From Nymphaea colorata (lineage: Eukaryota): a stretch of 64,000 nt of DNA. Under the pieces are notes generated by a model that made no database searches, was not told where the DNA came from, and worked only from the letters and a program-made list of their open reading frames with translations. The position numbers were made by a program, and so were the translations under genes. Where the stretch lies: NCBI RefSeq assembly GCF_008831285.2, contig NC_045138.2, positions 6,820,001-6,884,000 of the forward strand. The letters run 5' to 3'. Within the stretch, counting starts at the first letter, position 1. The number at the start of each line of letters is the position of its first letter. Shown one piece after another: positions 50,434-64,000 of the stretch.

Positions 50434-52011
50434 GCTATAAAGAAAACAAAAAATGAACTTAGAGAAAGTAAGAATCAAACAATTATTGAAAATTTTAAAG
50501 AAATAGACAATAAAGTGAAAACGAATAATGTAAAATAGCAAGCAATTTATTTTCAGTCCTCATGAATATATAATATATATATATATATATATATTATTGA
50601 ATGATAATACAAAATGTTGCAAAATTCCGTTACTTCAAAACAACCAATTTTACCTTAAAGGAAATCATCGAGAACTTTATTGCCTGAAATATTGGCCTGA
50701 ATAAACCGATCCGAGTCGAATAAATGACAACCGATTCAATACAATCACTGATTTGAGAGTCCTGTCTGCCATTTTCTTAACTAATTTGGATTCACAACCA
50801 ATTCCGCATCGATTGACAGAATAGGCATCTTCTCCGGTTCAATTTATTAAGTTTTTCTTATGACACTGTATAATAAGACCAAAAAACAATTGAATGAAGA
50901 TTTTGGAGGTATCTTTCCCTTAGGAACTTCGTTATCTTTTGGACATTGAAACGTGGTTGGTCTTGTTCACCACGTGTTTGGGATGGAAAGAAATAAATAT
51001 TGTGTCTTTTATTTGTGTTGTACATTCTTCAAATAAAAGAAAACGAAAAGGAAAAAATAATTAAAAAATATGTCTGCAAATGATTCACATGGCTCTTAAA
51101 TGGATTTAGAGATTCGCGTTGCAATTGCAATAGTGAATGCCAAGAAAAATCAAACAAGAAGCTAAACTTTTAGATGGGTGTTAAATGCACTGGGCACCTT
51201 CCAAATTCTTAAATTTGTGAATAACTAAATTTTAAAAAAATAGTTTGAGGGTGAATTTTTTTTTTTCTTTTTTTAAGGGTAAATAGTTCAGTGCACTGGT
51301 TTCTAACTATCCCTTAGGTTTTCACATACCATGCTTTAAAACTTTTTACGTTTGGAGGTAAAACTCAATGGAACATAAAAAAGGCCACTGCCCCCCTCCT
51401 AGTACTTGCCTTCTTGAGTTTTTACATAGCATATTCGAAGTTTTTTACAATGTAGAAGTAAAACATACTGGGTTTTTAAAGAGCATACTATGAGACCTTT
51501 TAGAGTGAAACTTATAAACCCTCGTTGAAAACATTTTCTCACCCCAAAATATACATTAAGATTTGAACTAGTGATTGGCTCCATATCGATGACCGAACCA
51601 GTTGTTCCCATAGCCTTCAAGGCCATTTGAAGTAAATTCATCGGACACTCCCATAGTATTCCTGATGTCAAACGTCCTATTCGAAACTTAAATTTATGAT
51701 TAGCAAAACTCTCAATGCTATTTTTTAGTCCCAAAATATAATATATTGACTTTTGTAAAGGGCATACACCATTGAGTTTTGAACTAGTGATTAGTTGCCT
51801 ATAGGACCGTAACCCAACGAATTTGGGACTCAAATTTACTATGTTAAGACTTAGAATCTAGAACAGTTTAATGATTAAATAATCTACATAACAAGGATGA
51901 CGATTATAATCTTTTTTATACATGAGCATATGCCGCAAGGAGCAAATGTGAAGGGTGTTAAATTGAACATTTTTTTTAAGACTTGTTGGTCGAGGCTCAC
52001 TTTCGCCTTTA

Positions 52012-52055
<44 letters not shown>

Positions 52056-52099
52056 GCTTCAAGAAATTGATAGGTACCAAACCTTTAGGTGATAGACTG

Positions 52100-53950
52100 C
52101 TAAGGAATTATTGTGCCCATTGATTTTTTTTCAACCACATGATCTGTAATCATGGACCTTTTTTTTTTGTTCATTTTACACCCATTTTACCAAGTAGTCA
52201 TTTCTCTTTTCCATCTACATCCATTTTCTAGAGGTCCCATAAGAAAGTAATCCACATGAAAGCCCATGAATGCACCCACCCCTGTTGACCAACTTCATAT
52301 TTCATATTTTCATATTTCCAAAGACAACGGTTGAAGCAATCAATAGTCCATTGTTTGGAAGCTCAGTTTGTAAAACATGTTCCCTCCAATTCCAATGGTT
52401 TTGCAGTGTTTGCTCTACTTAGAAATGAAGATCTTGTCTTAAAATAATCATGCCACTCTGGCTAAACCCTAGGTTGACATTCCAGATTTTTCGTAATTTA
52501 GAAACACATTTATGCATAGTTTCCAAAAATATATAATCCATTTGAATATATAAATGCCCAAAGAAAGACAATCTAAGCAACCGATTGAGGATGGGATGTT
52601 GCAAATTTGGAATTTTAATATTCCACTACTTATGCCAACAATTGCTTTTATAGACATATTCACATGTATATGATCCCAAATGACTTTCATGACTCTTTCA
52701 GACCCTAGAACACATATTTAGCGAGTTTACTTTTTCACAAAAGATGATGACAAATAGAGTTTTGTGAATCATTTTAAAGAGACCATTAAAGGATTCTAAT
52801 GCAGTAGGAACCAAGAAGGAAAATCCTACCTACATGACATATTTAGGATTCTACTTTCTAATCGAAGATGAAGACATAAATTTCTCCAATTCAATTTCAA
52901 GAGACCATTAAAAGATTTTCATGTATTATGAACACAGAAAAGAAAACCCTCCATATTTCAAATAAATAATGAAATGATGAGACGGACAAGAAAAGAAGTA
53001 TGCAATTCAAGCCTTCGTAAAATTACCCTCATTGAAAAATATAAGCCTTTGATATTCTTTTACCATCGACGATATTGATGAGAGCTCTATGTGTAGTTGA
53101 ATGACTAGCACTGGTTCTTGAGTACTCTCTAATTATTTAAGAATGAGAGACTGCCGATTCTCCACATGAGGAAGCAATCAATGAAAGAAACTATAATCAT
53201 GAAGTAGAGATGCAATTGTGTTGGTACTTTTGAGAAAGAGATATAAATATTTTAAAAGGAAAAAATGATTTTTGATCGAGATCATCTATACCATACTTTC
53301 ATTTATACAATCTTTTCTAAGGATTAATTGCCATAGTTGAAAAATCTAATCACTACATATATAATATGGTATCTGTTCATTCTTTTCATGAAAAATTAAA
53401 ACAGGTGATTCATGAAGCAAGGACCTAAGCTATTATAAATAGTGCTAGTACTGTTATTGGTTTACCATCACATTCCTGCCATTAGTTTCAACTCTGTGTG
53501 GTGAGTAGTCTTCCTAGATACTAATGCTCCTCTTACCAGTATCCAATGGGAGCTACTTGCTGTGTGGTCCATCATAGATTTTAAGTAGAGGACTTTTATA
53601 GTTCATCTACCTGTCACCATGGAAATCTTCATGAAATAAATAACGAGGCAGCCTTCATTTTCAGTGTGTTCAGTATTTTCTACGATGGGGATACCTTCAA
53701 GGACCACACTACTTGAAGCCTAAGTCTCTAGAGATAGAATATGACAAATAGTGCACTTCTGGTTTTCCCTTTACTGTGTACTTATATCGTCTTGCTGAAA
53801 AAAATCAAGAACAAATAAACCACTAAAATAATGAGGATCTTAATTGGCTGATTCAATTGATTCATGATGCAAACTAACTGTGTTCTGAAGGGAGTAGCAT
53901 CCACTCGTGCATTATCTCTTTGAGAGTCTAATATGAAAGCCCCAACAAAG
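52100..53950 (-). mobile_element. Probable highly degenerate LINE (L1-like RT remnant)
   Basis: Minus-strand traces in L1 order: ISKAY (~53041-53055, compare DISKAYD), a CP.S..LFI-like segment (~52960-52990), LEKFMSSS (~52870-52890) and CQPR (~52470). Heavily decayed; boundaries uncertain. Confidence 0.35.
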
Positions 53951-54913
53951 CTCGAGGATCTGATCAGCTAGAATTGCAGATGCAAACAAGGCATATTCTG
54001 AACACATAAACACATTGGGAGGTCGGGCCGGGCCAACATGCAGCGCATAAACAAGCATTCAAATAATGCTCCACAGAGAAATCAATCCAACACATGATAA
54101 GCTTCGCACGAGCATTTCAACAAACAAGTTGATTGCTCATAGTGTATTCCTGAATATCGGCAAACAATCGATCGATGAAGGGTAGTAGCTGAATATCAAC
54201 AAACGATCTTACCTAGCGCGTTGCGGGAGCGTGGGCGATGAGGACTACAACACATGGAGCAACACCGCAGTGAGATGTCTATAATCATACATTTAGGGCG
54301 TCGGATCATACATATACGGTGAGTGAGAACTATAAAGAGAGACAATATACAGACTGCAGAGGGGAAAGAGAGAGAGGGAGAGGGAGAGAAAGAGAGAGAG
54401 AGGGAGAGGGAGAGAAAGTGAGAGGGTGAAAGGGACGCAGTGCCTCTTCTAGAGAGAGAGAGAGAAAGAGAGAGAACACGTCAAGAATGTATGCACTTGT
54501 TCTTTGCCATGAATTGAACAGGTTCTGCCTGTTCCAATGCATCCCTACGCCATCAAACAGCTTGTAAGTATGGTATCTACCAATTTATCAAATAGTTTCT
54601 CAAAAAAAATAGCTCCAAGTAAACCCAAAGCTCTTCATGATATTATTAAGAAAACTAGGTGGTGAAAGTGATCTTCATATTGTTGGGGCAAATGGAGACG
54701 GATGGAGAGAAGGAATGACGATATTTTAGAAGGGTTGAAGATGCCTACTAGTGAAGGCGATGAAAGGTAGAACCGTAGAAGAAGGTTCATCTTTGAGGGG
54801 GAAATATCCCCAAGCAGAGGTCATCTCATTTGAAGGATTGGCTTGTATCTCTGAATCAGGAATCAAATCCGTTTGAATCTAAGGCTGGGCGTGGAATCAA
54901 ATCTGTTTGAATC

Positions 54914-55202
54914 TAAGGCAGGGCGTTCGAGTATCGGACGGGTACATGGTACCCTACCGGGCTTGGGCTTAGACCCAAAAAAAAATTAACCGGCAGGCCC
55001 CATAAGCTATAACTGAGGCCAGTTCGGCTTGATAAAAAATTTTAATATATATTCTATTAATTTTTATATATAATTATAATATTTTATTATGATTTATTAT
55101 TTTATATTAAATATATATATTTTTAATTTAATTGGGTCGGGCTCGGGAGACTACATCCAGACTTAAGTTTCAGGTGTCCGATCAACCCGATGTCGAGCCT
55201 TA
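54914..55202. mobile_element. hAT-type MITE
   Basis: Ends TAAGGC...GCCTTA; perfect 8-bp TSD TTTGAATC (54906-54913, 55203-55210); AT-rich core. Confidence 0.8.
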
Positions 55203-55823
55203 TTTGAATCATATTCATGCCGATTCACATAACATTTGAGGGTAGGAACTATGTAAATAAATAAGCTATTCTAGTCTCATTCGATATACAACATCATATT
55301 CAAGTACAGAGCCAATTTGATAAATTTAAATTTTTAGAGGCACTAGTATATATAAATGTATAACATTGAGAGCATCAAAATTAATGTACATGAAATGACG
55401 CAGGCAAAATGCTTATACTAACCTATATATGTCTCCGCTACTGCTTTGTTCACTTGTCTCATTATAAAGCCATTATGCTTGAAGCTTCTTAAAAAGCCAT
55501 TGGCTTCTCTCATGGGGGACACTTGTCGCTCATAAAGGGAGTAATTTCAAGTAATTGAGCATTCAACGTGAATTGTATTTGACATTCATAAATATAATTA
55601 TTCAAATAAGTTCTATACTAAATGATTTGCCATATGAACTATGTTGCAAAAGGAAGAAAAGAAAAAAATTGTGTCATGTATGTTATGGCTAATTTGGTTT
55701 TCACAAACACACACACACACTCTCTCTCTCTCTCTCTTCCTTTTGTTAAGCATTTACTTGAAAAAAACCTCCATTGGCAAGTTCAGGAGAGACATAGAAC
55801 CCTCAAGGCGATTCCTTGCCCCT

Positions 55824-56248
55824 TAGGGCTGCACAACGAGCCGAGCCAACTCGAGCTCTTCTCAAACTCGCTCAAAAAAACTCGGCTCGTGCTCGACTCG
55901 TTTACAAAGATACTTAAAACAATAAATGAGTCGAGTTCGAGTTTAAGGAACTCGACTCGTTTATACTCAACTCGACTCATAAACCGGTACTCTACATAAT
56001 ATTGCCAAAACTGGTTTTACAAGTTACACGAATTAAGCGAGTTACACGAGTTAAACGAGTTAGTGCTTACAAGAGTTAACGTTAAACGAGTTAATGCCTA
56101 AACAAGTGGGTTAAACGAGTTGAGTTCAAGCTCGATTTTTTGTAGTCGAGTCGAACTTGAGTTTGTTATAAGGAGCTCGAGTTTTTTGAGCCGAGGTCGA
56201 ACTCGAGCTGTCTAAGCTCATGCTCGACTTGACTCGTGTGCAGACCTA
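55824..56248. mobile_element. hAT-type MITE, second copy of the 49959-50433 family
   Basis: TIR TAGGGCTGCACA / TGTGCAGACCTA; TSD TTGCCCCT / TTGTCCCT (7 of 8). Confidence 0.88.
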
Positions 56249-57241
56249 TTGTCCCTATAGTCATAGGTCATTTCCCACCCCTAGAGTTTTGACATGCTAT
56301 AACTTTCATAAAGCATTAATGACACTGACATTTAAACCAGCCATAAACCACCCACCAGCCACTGGCTCAACCACTTGCATCAAACACCTTAAGGGCAGTT
56401 CACACTTTCTCTTAGTTCACTTAAGCAGGAAATGTCTCACATTATCCTTTATTTCTTGGTTAATTTGTCATGAGACCTTGGAAAAAGTTATTGGGAGGTT
56501 TTTTTTGAAAACGCTCGTCATGAAAATGCAAAGGATGACAGCTGTTTGCTTTATCTTTCAACCAATAAAGATATCTTGCATATTCCACTTAGAATAAGAT
56601 CAGATTTGGTGCAAGTGCAACAAGATGCATTAAAAGTTAGATTAGAACTTAGAATTGAATTAAATATTTAGAGAGAATATTCAGATCATTCAGACCACTT
56701 ACAACCCTAATTCAGTAGCATTACTTAGCAGAACAACTACTTTCTTAGCTATATATATATATGCATCACATTTTTTCTATTAGTTTTAGGAACTCAACTG
56801 TGTTCTTAGCTATGCACTATGCTCTCTCACATTGTAGAACATGTTTTTGTAGAGTTGAGATCAAGTTACCTTTATTTGAGTTGCTCAACAACATTAAATC
56901 ACCTATTGAATTAAGTAGTTATTCGATAGAAATGTCGAACTTTTGAATAATTTTAATATATATTTGGCTGTCCGAAAAAAGAAATATATCATTTATGGGG
57001 AGTAACCTTTTTGCATGACTTGTCTTTTCGTTCATTTTATTTTTTCTCACTCAGGATGACAGGCCCCCATTGAAGACACCTCAGTTAGAATAATGAATAT
57101 TTAGGCAGAGCATTTGAAAGATACGTGTGTGTGAGAGAGAAAGAGGCTCTGCTTCTCCTTACAAGCCTGTGGATGGAAGCTCCGGCCTGAGATTGCCTGA
57201 ACTCAGGGCTTTAGCTTCCTACCAGAGAGAGAGAGAGAGAT

Positions 57242-57479
57242 ATGATGCTGATGGGGGAAGGGCGGGTGTGCGTGGTGACGGGGGCTCGTGGTTTCGCAGC
57301 TCGGCATATCGTCTTGATGCTCCTGCAATCTGGGTCGTGGATCGTCAGGGTCTCCGATCTCCATCCCTCCATCAAGCTCGACCCCAGCGAGGAATCCGGC
57401 GCCCTTGGCGACGCTCTCCGCTCTGGCCGCGCCGTCTACGTCTCTGCCGACCTCCGCGACAAGGCTCAAGTGATCAATG

Positions 57480-57524
<45 letters not shown>

Positions 57525-60500
57525 TTCTGTGTATGTGTGTGCCACATTTGGTTCTTTCACAATTTCCTCGACGCCGTATGCTGTGTTAGCTGCATGAATG
57601 GGGAAACGGCTAGGATCTGATTGAAGGTCCTCTTCCCTACCTCAGATATATACTTCAGAGCAGATGATTGTCCACATTGGCCACTCGGATCGAGGCTTGG
57701 GCGGCTGGGCTTCCGCCCAAGCTGGTGGGCCACATTCTCCATTTAATCTAGAAAAACTCCAGACCGAGTTGGTGCAAACTTTTTTGGGGACGCAATGGCT
57801 GCGGAAGAAGGCGATGGCTAGAAAACCCGTCTGAGCGGACAAATTTTAAGTAAATGGTGGTATACCAACATGGCTGTCTTGCGCTCTTACTACGAGTTAG
57901 TACTCTTTGCTACAGAGTTGATACAGATCCAGGGGTTCTGAAGTTCGTCAGTTTGTTTTGTTGAGTGGATTAATTTATGCACTATTTGCCGTAGGTTTGC
58001 AACTCTATAAGAAGTTGAAAAAAGCCGTCGACTAGTTTGGCGCTTACTAGTTCCTAAGGGTGCCACGATGATACATCAATTACCACCATCCCAAGTTGTT
58101 TTACGGAACTTTGACAAAGAGGAGGGAATGATCAAATGCATTTTGAAGGTTGTCAAAGTAACCAAATTTGTAGAACTACATGGTTTTTTAACTGCTATAC
58201 GGATTTAAAAAGTTTAGATACTGAGTTTGTTTGCAGCTGGTAAAATCGTTTACTTTCGCAGCTGGTAAAATCGGTTTACTTTCGCAAACTCAAGAGCTGA
58301 GTAGTGTATATCAATTAAACAAAGTTGGGAGTTTCACAATTTCTGGATGACTTTACAATTGGTTTTTGCATAAGTTTTACTGTTTTCCTGTGCTTAGTCT
58401 TTCTGCCAACAAGGGTCACATTGAACCAGGGTACAACATGGAAAGGAAGTTCAAAGGACATTTGGATGATTTCTCGGCTGTTGAAGTCTATAGGGCGATG
58501 AACAGAAAATGATACCATAACTTTTCATGAAGTTTATGTACTGCTTATTAGAAAGTTTATCTGACATTTTACCCATTTCTGATGGTATCGCTTCTTCTGT
58601 TGTTGTGAAGCTTGTCAAGGGGCAGAGGTGGTCTTTCACACGGCAGCTCCAGATTCATCAATTAATAATCATCAGCTTCATTATTCAGTTAATGTTCAAG
58701 GTAAAAGGTCTGTGTTCTTGTACATGGTTTCAGAAATTTGTGCTGTTAGGTCTGAAGTTCTACTCCTAGTGCGGGGTTTTTTACTTGCTAAGCATAAATT
58801 GGTTTACACAGGTACAAAAAATGTCATTGATGCCTGTTTGGAATGCAAAGTAAAGAAACTCATATACACTAGCTCCCCGAGTGTTGTTTTTGATGGTATT
58901 CATGGAATTCTTAATGGTGACGAGTCATTGCCTTACCCAAAACAGGTTAGCCTTTCTCTTCAATAATAGGCATTCTTGTTTAAATATTGTGGCGCAGCTT
59001 TCTTTGATATGTAGTTATATACACATTATTGTCTCATTTCCTTTAATACTTTTCACAGCATAATGACTCATATTCAGCAACCAAAGCAGAAGCAGAGGCA
59101 TTCGTTTTACAGGCAAATGGAAGAGGAGGGCTTCTGACTTGCTGTATACGTCCCAGCAGTATTTTTGGCCCTGGTGATAGGCTCTTTGTGCCATCTTTGG
59201 TTTCTGCTGCTAGAGCTAACAAGTCTAAGGTATGTGTCCCAAATACGTTAACTTTTTCTGGAAAGTACGTGGCCTAATTGATAAATCAGAAGTTGCATAT
59301 ATGTCTGGCTTGTATTTATTTGTGTTTGATTTCACAAAAATGTTTGGCAGACATACCATAATGAACCTTACCCTTAGGATATAGTGATCAGTTGGAACAA
59401 TGGTTTTTTCAGAAAAGGAAAAGTAAGCAGTATATGTGGGGCTTGTAAGTACATATGAAGTTGGGTATTGGAAATGAATGGAATGCAGTTTAGAAGCAAA
59501 TTAGAAGTTTAATGGTATATGCAAAGATGCATATAGCTCTTTTTTACACATACTGCTGTTTAATTTATGATCCATTTCAGCTATCTTACTTGCTTTCTGA
59601 TTTTAAGAGCTTAAGCTACTACCCAACATGCTAATGTATCGTGCATGTAAATAGATGTACTAAGCAAAGATGGTTTGTTACTACAAAAACAACTGGTAAG
59701 TAGCAACTAGTCCATGGAGGTCAGGAAAAACTTATGAATTCTATACAAGAGTACATGTAATTTATGTTCCCTGGATCATGTAGTGCTTGAATTTTTCTGA
59801 CATTTTCATGCACTTTTTGATTTATATTTGTAGGACAAACAGAAAAAGCTTTGACTAATATTTATAGGACAAACAGAAAAACAACTGCAGGCTTTACAGA
59901 ATCAATTGTATGTGAAATTTCATTGCCAACCAATAAATGTTATTAGCTTCCTTTCAGGGATCTAGGATATGTAATTGCTTTGTCTTATATGTGTTGGGTT
60001 ATCACTTATGACCTTTTTCTTTTCTAATTTTGGGCTTCAGTTCATAATTGGTGATGGAAACAACATGTTTGATTTCACTTATGTGGAAAATGTGGCACAT
60101 GCTCATATATGTGCTGAGAAGGCACTAGGATCAGAAGCAACTGGTGAGGAAACTGCTGCAGGAAAGGTAATGTTTTTCTCTTTGTTTCATCTCTGATGCA
60201 TGTAATTGTATGATAATTTGTTCACTTCCTTTTCTGAAGGCATTTTTTGTGACCAATGCGGAACCAATCAAGTTTTGGGAATTTACATCACTAATTCTAG
60301 AGGGATTGGGTTATCCAAGGTATTCAACATTTATACATTTTCTACTTTTTATTGCACTTCAGATCTATAATTGAATGCTTTTTGCTGCTAGCTACTGTGT
60401 GAATTGTGCAGAGATACGAAAATCTTAAAAACTTCAAACAGCTTTCAACTTAAGTTGTTAAACTTAAACCTTTTCAATCAAACAGAGCTCGTATAGGGCC

Positions 60501-63500
60501 ATGGCTGGTTATTTTTGTGCTTGCAATCTCATCCCTGCATAGCAAACCAGGAAGCATAAACGTAGTTCACCTGATGAGTTTTCATAGCGAGCCATGCTGG
60601 CATGGCAATTGGGTTGAGAACTGGGACTGAAAAAGTTTCAATTTTGTAGATTTTGTATCATAACCATTATTGATCCAACTTCTATATGTAAGTTTTTGGA
60701 TAACAAAGATTCCTGACTTATTGTGGCTAAATTGATTCTGAACAAGACTGAACTCACCAGCGTAATGCCATTTGAAGCCAAGTGCCAAACTTGGGCTCTG
60801 ATGTGGTCATAGTTTTTCATTGTTAAGTAACACATGAATGTTCAAGGAGGGCGCACCTTCTTTTGTTAGATCCTTCTATGTAGTTGTTGGTTTTGGCCCA
60901 TCTCCAGCATTCCATAAGGATACATGGTCTTGCATCTTCAGTGTTTCACTTGGCATTGATTATATGCTGATTTATGGAAATGCCAAGAACCATGCTTAAA
61001 CTGGGTTTCAAGTGCTGAAAACTGGTTTGCATGCTCTAGTACAGATCCGTTTATCACTGCAAAGCCTTTGGACTCTTTTAGCTAGAGGTATCAGTAGTCT
61101 CCTTGGTTTATGTGCATGCCATCTACAAATAGAATGTAAAGTCCAGTAAGGTAGTGCTTAAAAGATTGCATTACAGTGGTTCTTTTGTTCCTGTAGATAA
61201 GGGTACTGGTTTATGCATTTGTTATCATTATACTGTTACAAATATAAAAAATGTGCTTAGTGAGTATGAATTAACAGGAATTAGGAACTCTATGACTTCT
61301 GCGCACAGTGTTTTTGGACCATGTGGAGACTCTTCTCATTTTTCCCTTTTGTCTGTCCATTCGCGACCTTCTCAATGATTTTACTGAAAATGCTTTTTTC
61401 TGATCGAAGTTATCACTATATGTTGTTATTGCTTCTATTTTTCAATGGACGTATCAGAAGATTATGTCTTTGGTGCTAGACTTATGCTCTCTGCGTGTTT
61501 AACCTTTATAAGTTACCTGACATCTTGCTAAAGAATGACATTAGGTGGCCGCTTACTGTGATTTTCCTTGCTGATTGGGCCACACCATTTGCATTTTCCT
61601 CACAAATAATGATCACATTCTCTTTTATTTGAGATTTTATGTTATCAATGTTTTAGTGTAGATGGGAAACCATTTTATGTTTTTTTGTTGCAATTTACAA
61701 CTTTTATTTTGCTTTTATTGCCTTGTTCTCATGTTGCATAGTTTAACTTTCAATATAGAAGGATCACATTTGAGTTTGCCTGTTGGTTCCCCTTTTTTCT
61801 CCTTGCATTTGCATTTGCCTAGTGTTGGTTGTAATTTTTCATTATTCTGTTGAACTTGCAGACCCAGCATTCATATCCCTGCACCTGTTTTGATGCCAAT
61901 TGCACATGTAGTGGAGTGGACATATAAATTGCTTGGTCCATATGGAATGCCTGTACCTCAACTGACACCTTCAAGAGTCAGGCTTCTTACAATTGACAGA
62001 ACCTTCAATTGTTCAAGAGCAAAGAAACTGCTGGACTATTCACCAATTGTGTCACTGAAGGTCTCAAACTTATACCAACTATTTTATGTTTAATTGTGAT
62101 GAAATCTTTGCCCATATATTCGTTTTCTCACATTGCAGGAAGGCCTAAAAAGAACAATTGAGTCATTTTCTCACATGAAAGCTGAAGCAACCAGTATGAA
62201 GAGAGATGGATCATCAAAAGCCGCTGAGTATCTTGGAGGCGGAAAAGGTGTGATGGTTGTAAAATATGAGTGTTTGATTTGTTGTTTTTGATGGAAAAAA
62301 TAGTTTGTATTATGGTACCGTATATCTTTCAGTTGCAGACATACTCCTCTGGAAAGACAAAAAGCAGACACTTGGTGTGATGCTACTACTCTTTGCAGCA
62401 TACTACCATTTCTTTATCTCTGGATATACAGTCATCACTGCTGTCTCAAAGCTACTGCTGTTGGTGATGGTATTCCTGTTTGTCAATAGAATCTTGCCTC
62501 AGTCTGTGTATGTCCCTGCACTGAATTCTTATGTATCCGTTGATATTTTAATTCTGTTCCATTATAACCTATGTCACATGGGTGCGGGTACGATATGGGT
62601 ACGGGTACAGGGAAACGAGTACGGACACGGCAATTTTCAAAGTTTTTGGATACGTGGATACGGCAAATTTTATATTCTCAAAAATGATAAAATGAAAAAA
62701 AATCATTAAATTAATAGTTCTGATAAAAAAACGTGTCTTCTTCTACTGTTTTCTATAAGAGGAGAATTAATACAACGGGAAAAATCATACAAATCAACTT
62801 CATTTTTTGGTTCGGATCGAATCTGGCCCAGACCCGATCCAAAACGTATCCACCCCATATCCCGTATCCATATTCCCATGTCGGCGTATCGACACGGGTA
62901 CGTGGGCTAAACCCACGTATCCGTGTGTCGTAGATTATAACAATAGACCAATCATGTGTGGTTGGATGTTTCAATTTGGGGACTTCATTTTTTACTTGGA
63001 ATTGCCCCATGATATTTTGGTAGTTGTGATACCCAGCTGATTATGCTCTGACCAAATTTGGTCAGACCAAGGTACGTTACATGAACTATGGGTTGAGTAG
63101 GTCTCCTACTATGGACATGTCAAAAGGAACTTCATTTCTTGTCAGTTTGGATATGGTCTTAGTGCATGGTGGTTTGCATCATTAGAATCTTCATATATAA
63201 ATCCAGACTACCTGCCATCGACTTTTAAGATTGAAATGGTTCTTTTGCAGATTTGGCTACAAAATAGAGAAGGTGCCTGCTGCCTGCTTTGAGATATCTG
63301 GAGATGTGGCCCGTCATGCAACAATTGCTGTCATGTCTATTTGGAATTCTATGGTGGGTGTTCTCATGTCAGTTTCTCGAGGGAAGGATTGGGCACTTTT
63401 TTCTAAGGTTAGTTGCATTTTTTTTACTGTATTGGCTGAAAGGGACAATTCTTATGTAGTTGTATGATTCATTTTTTAAGGCATTTATGTTGCTCATTTC

Positions 63501-63867
63501 ATGGTGCCCAACCTCTAAATCAAAATTGGTTTCATTGGAAATGCTCTCTTTTGTGTATCTACCAGCTTCATTTTCGATTCATCTATTGGAGAAATAGCTT
63601 TTGACCGTTTTAATAATGCCATTTCTTGTGTTTCATTCGTCTTACATTTTTATGGACCAGGTGGTTGCATTGCTTTTGATCACAAGCATTCTTGGAGCTT
63701 TTTCAACAAAAACGTTTATTGGAATAGGTTGAAGTCCCAACGAGATCTGATGCACTTTTAAGCAATATCGAGGAACTGTTCATGTGCTTATTACCTTAAT
63801 TACCGTTGCAGGTATCCTTTTTGCATTCACAGCGTTCTATGCCTATGAGAAGATGAAGACTGGCTGA
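57242..63867 (+). CDS. 3BETAHSD/D2: 3beta-hydroxysteroid dehydrogenase/C4-decarboxylase with C-terminal reticulon domain, ~533 aa, 12 exons
   Basis: Exons 57242-57479, 58611-58700, 58812-58945, 59059-59229, 60041-60166, 60240-60319, 61862-62060, 62139-62247, 62333-62507, 63251-63407, 63661-63727, 63812-63867 (1602 nt, in frame). Rossmann [23 protein letters not shown], catalytic [18 protein letters not shown], reticulon [13 protein letters not shown]. Confidence 0.93.
62569..62933. mobile_element. hAT-type MITE in intron 9 of the 3betaHSD/D gene
   Basis: Ends CTATGTCACATGG / CCGTGTGTCGTAG; perfect 8-bp TSD ATTATAAC (62561-62568, 62934-62941); GGGTAC/GTATCC subrepeats. Confidence 0.88.
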
Positions 63868-64000
63868 TTGATTTTGGAATTGGTTTCTTTACCGAGTGAA
63901 GACCGCTGTGGCCCATAAATTGCTTAGCTCCATGAGGAGAGTGTGTGTCTTGATGAATCCTGCGAACTTCATAAGTAGTATTAGTCTCTAATTAAGGTTA

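Noticed and set aside
9311..63867. Functional (e.g. sterol/isoprenoid) gene cluster
   Set aside because: The three genes act in unrelated pathways and the PMK piece is a non-functional fragment, so proximity to 3betaHSD/D is not evidence of clustering.

Overview
Plant (angiosperm) nuclear DNA; the species cannot be determined from the sequence. It holds three spliced + strand genes: a GT29 sialyltransferase-like gene (SIA1/MGP2-type, 11 exons, 9311-31728), a CHX cation/H+ antiporter (38834/38905-43004, with an apparent 1-nt frameshift in exon 1) and a 3beta-hydroxysteroid dehydrogenase/decarboxylase with a reticulon domain (57242-63867). Mobile DNA includes a recent but broken Ty1/copia element (1-5434), an RT-deleted copia (32308-36428), several hAT-type MITEs with 8-bp TSDs, a SINE-like element and a probable degenerate LINE. 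The most striking structure lies in the 13.96-kb ninth intron of the GT29 gene. There, a non-autonomous LTR element (17440-28830, TSD GTGGC) carries an intronless formin FH2 fragment. Its 5' LTR is interrupted by a 7.33-kb near-perfect palindrome (21312-28641) with two ~3.6-kb arms, TG...CA termini, a 5-bp TSD (CCTTG), inward-facing TATA boxes and a template-switch-like central junction. An orphan phosphomevalonate kinase exon fragment lies at ~47240-47330. All alignments were made by eye and all family assignments come from recalled motifs; no searches were run.
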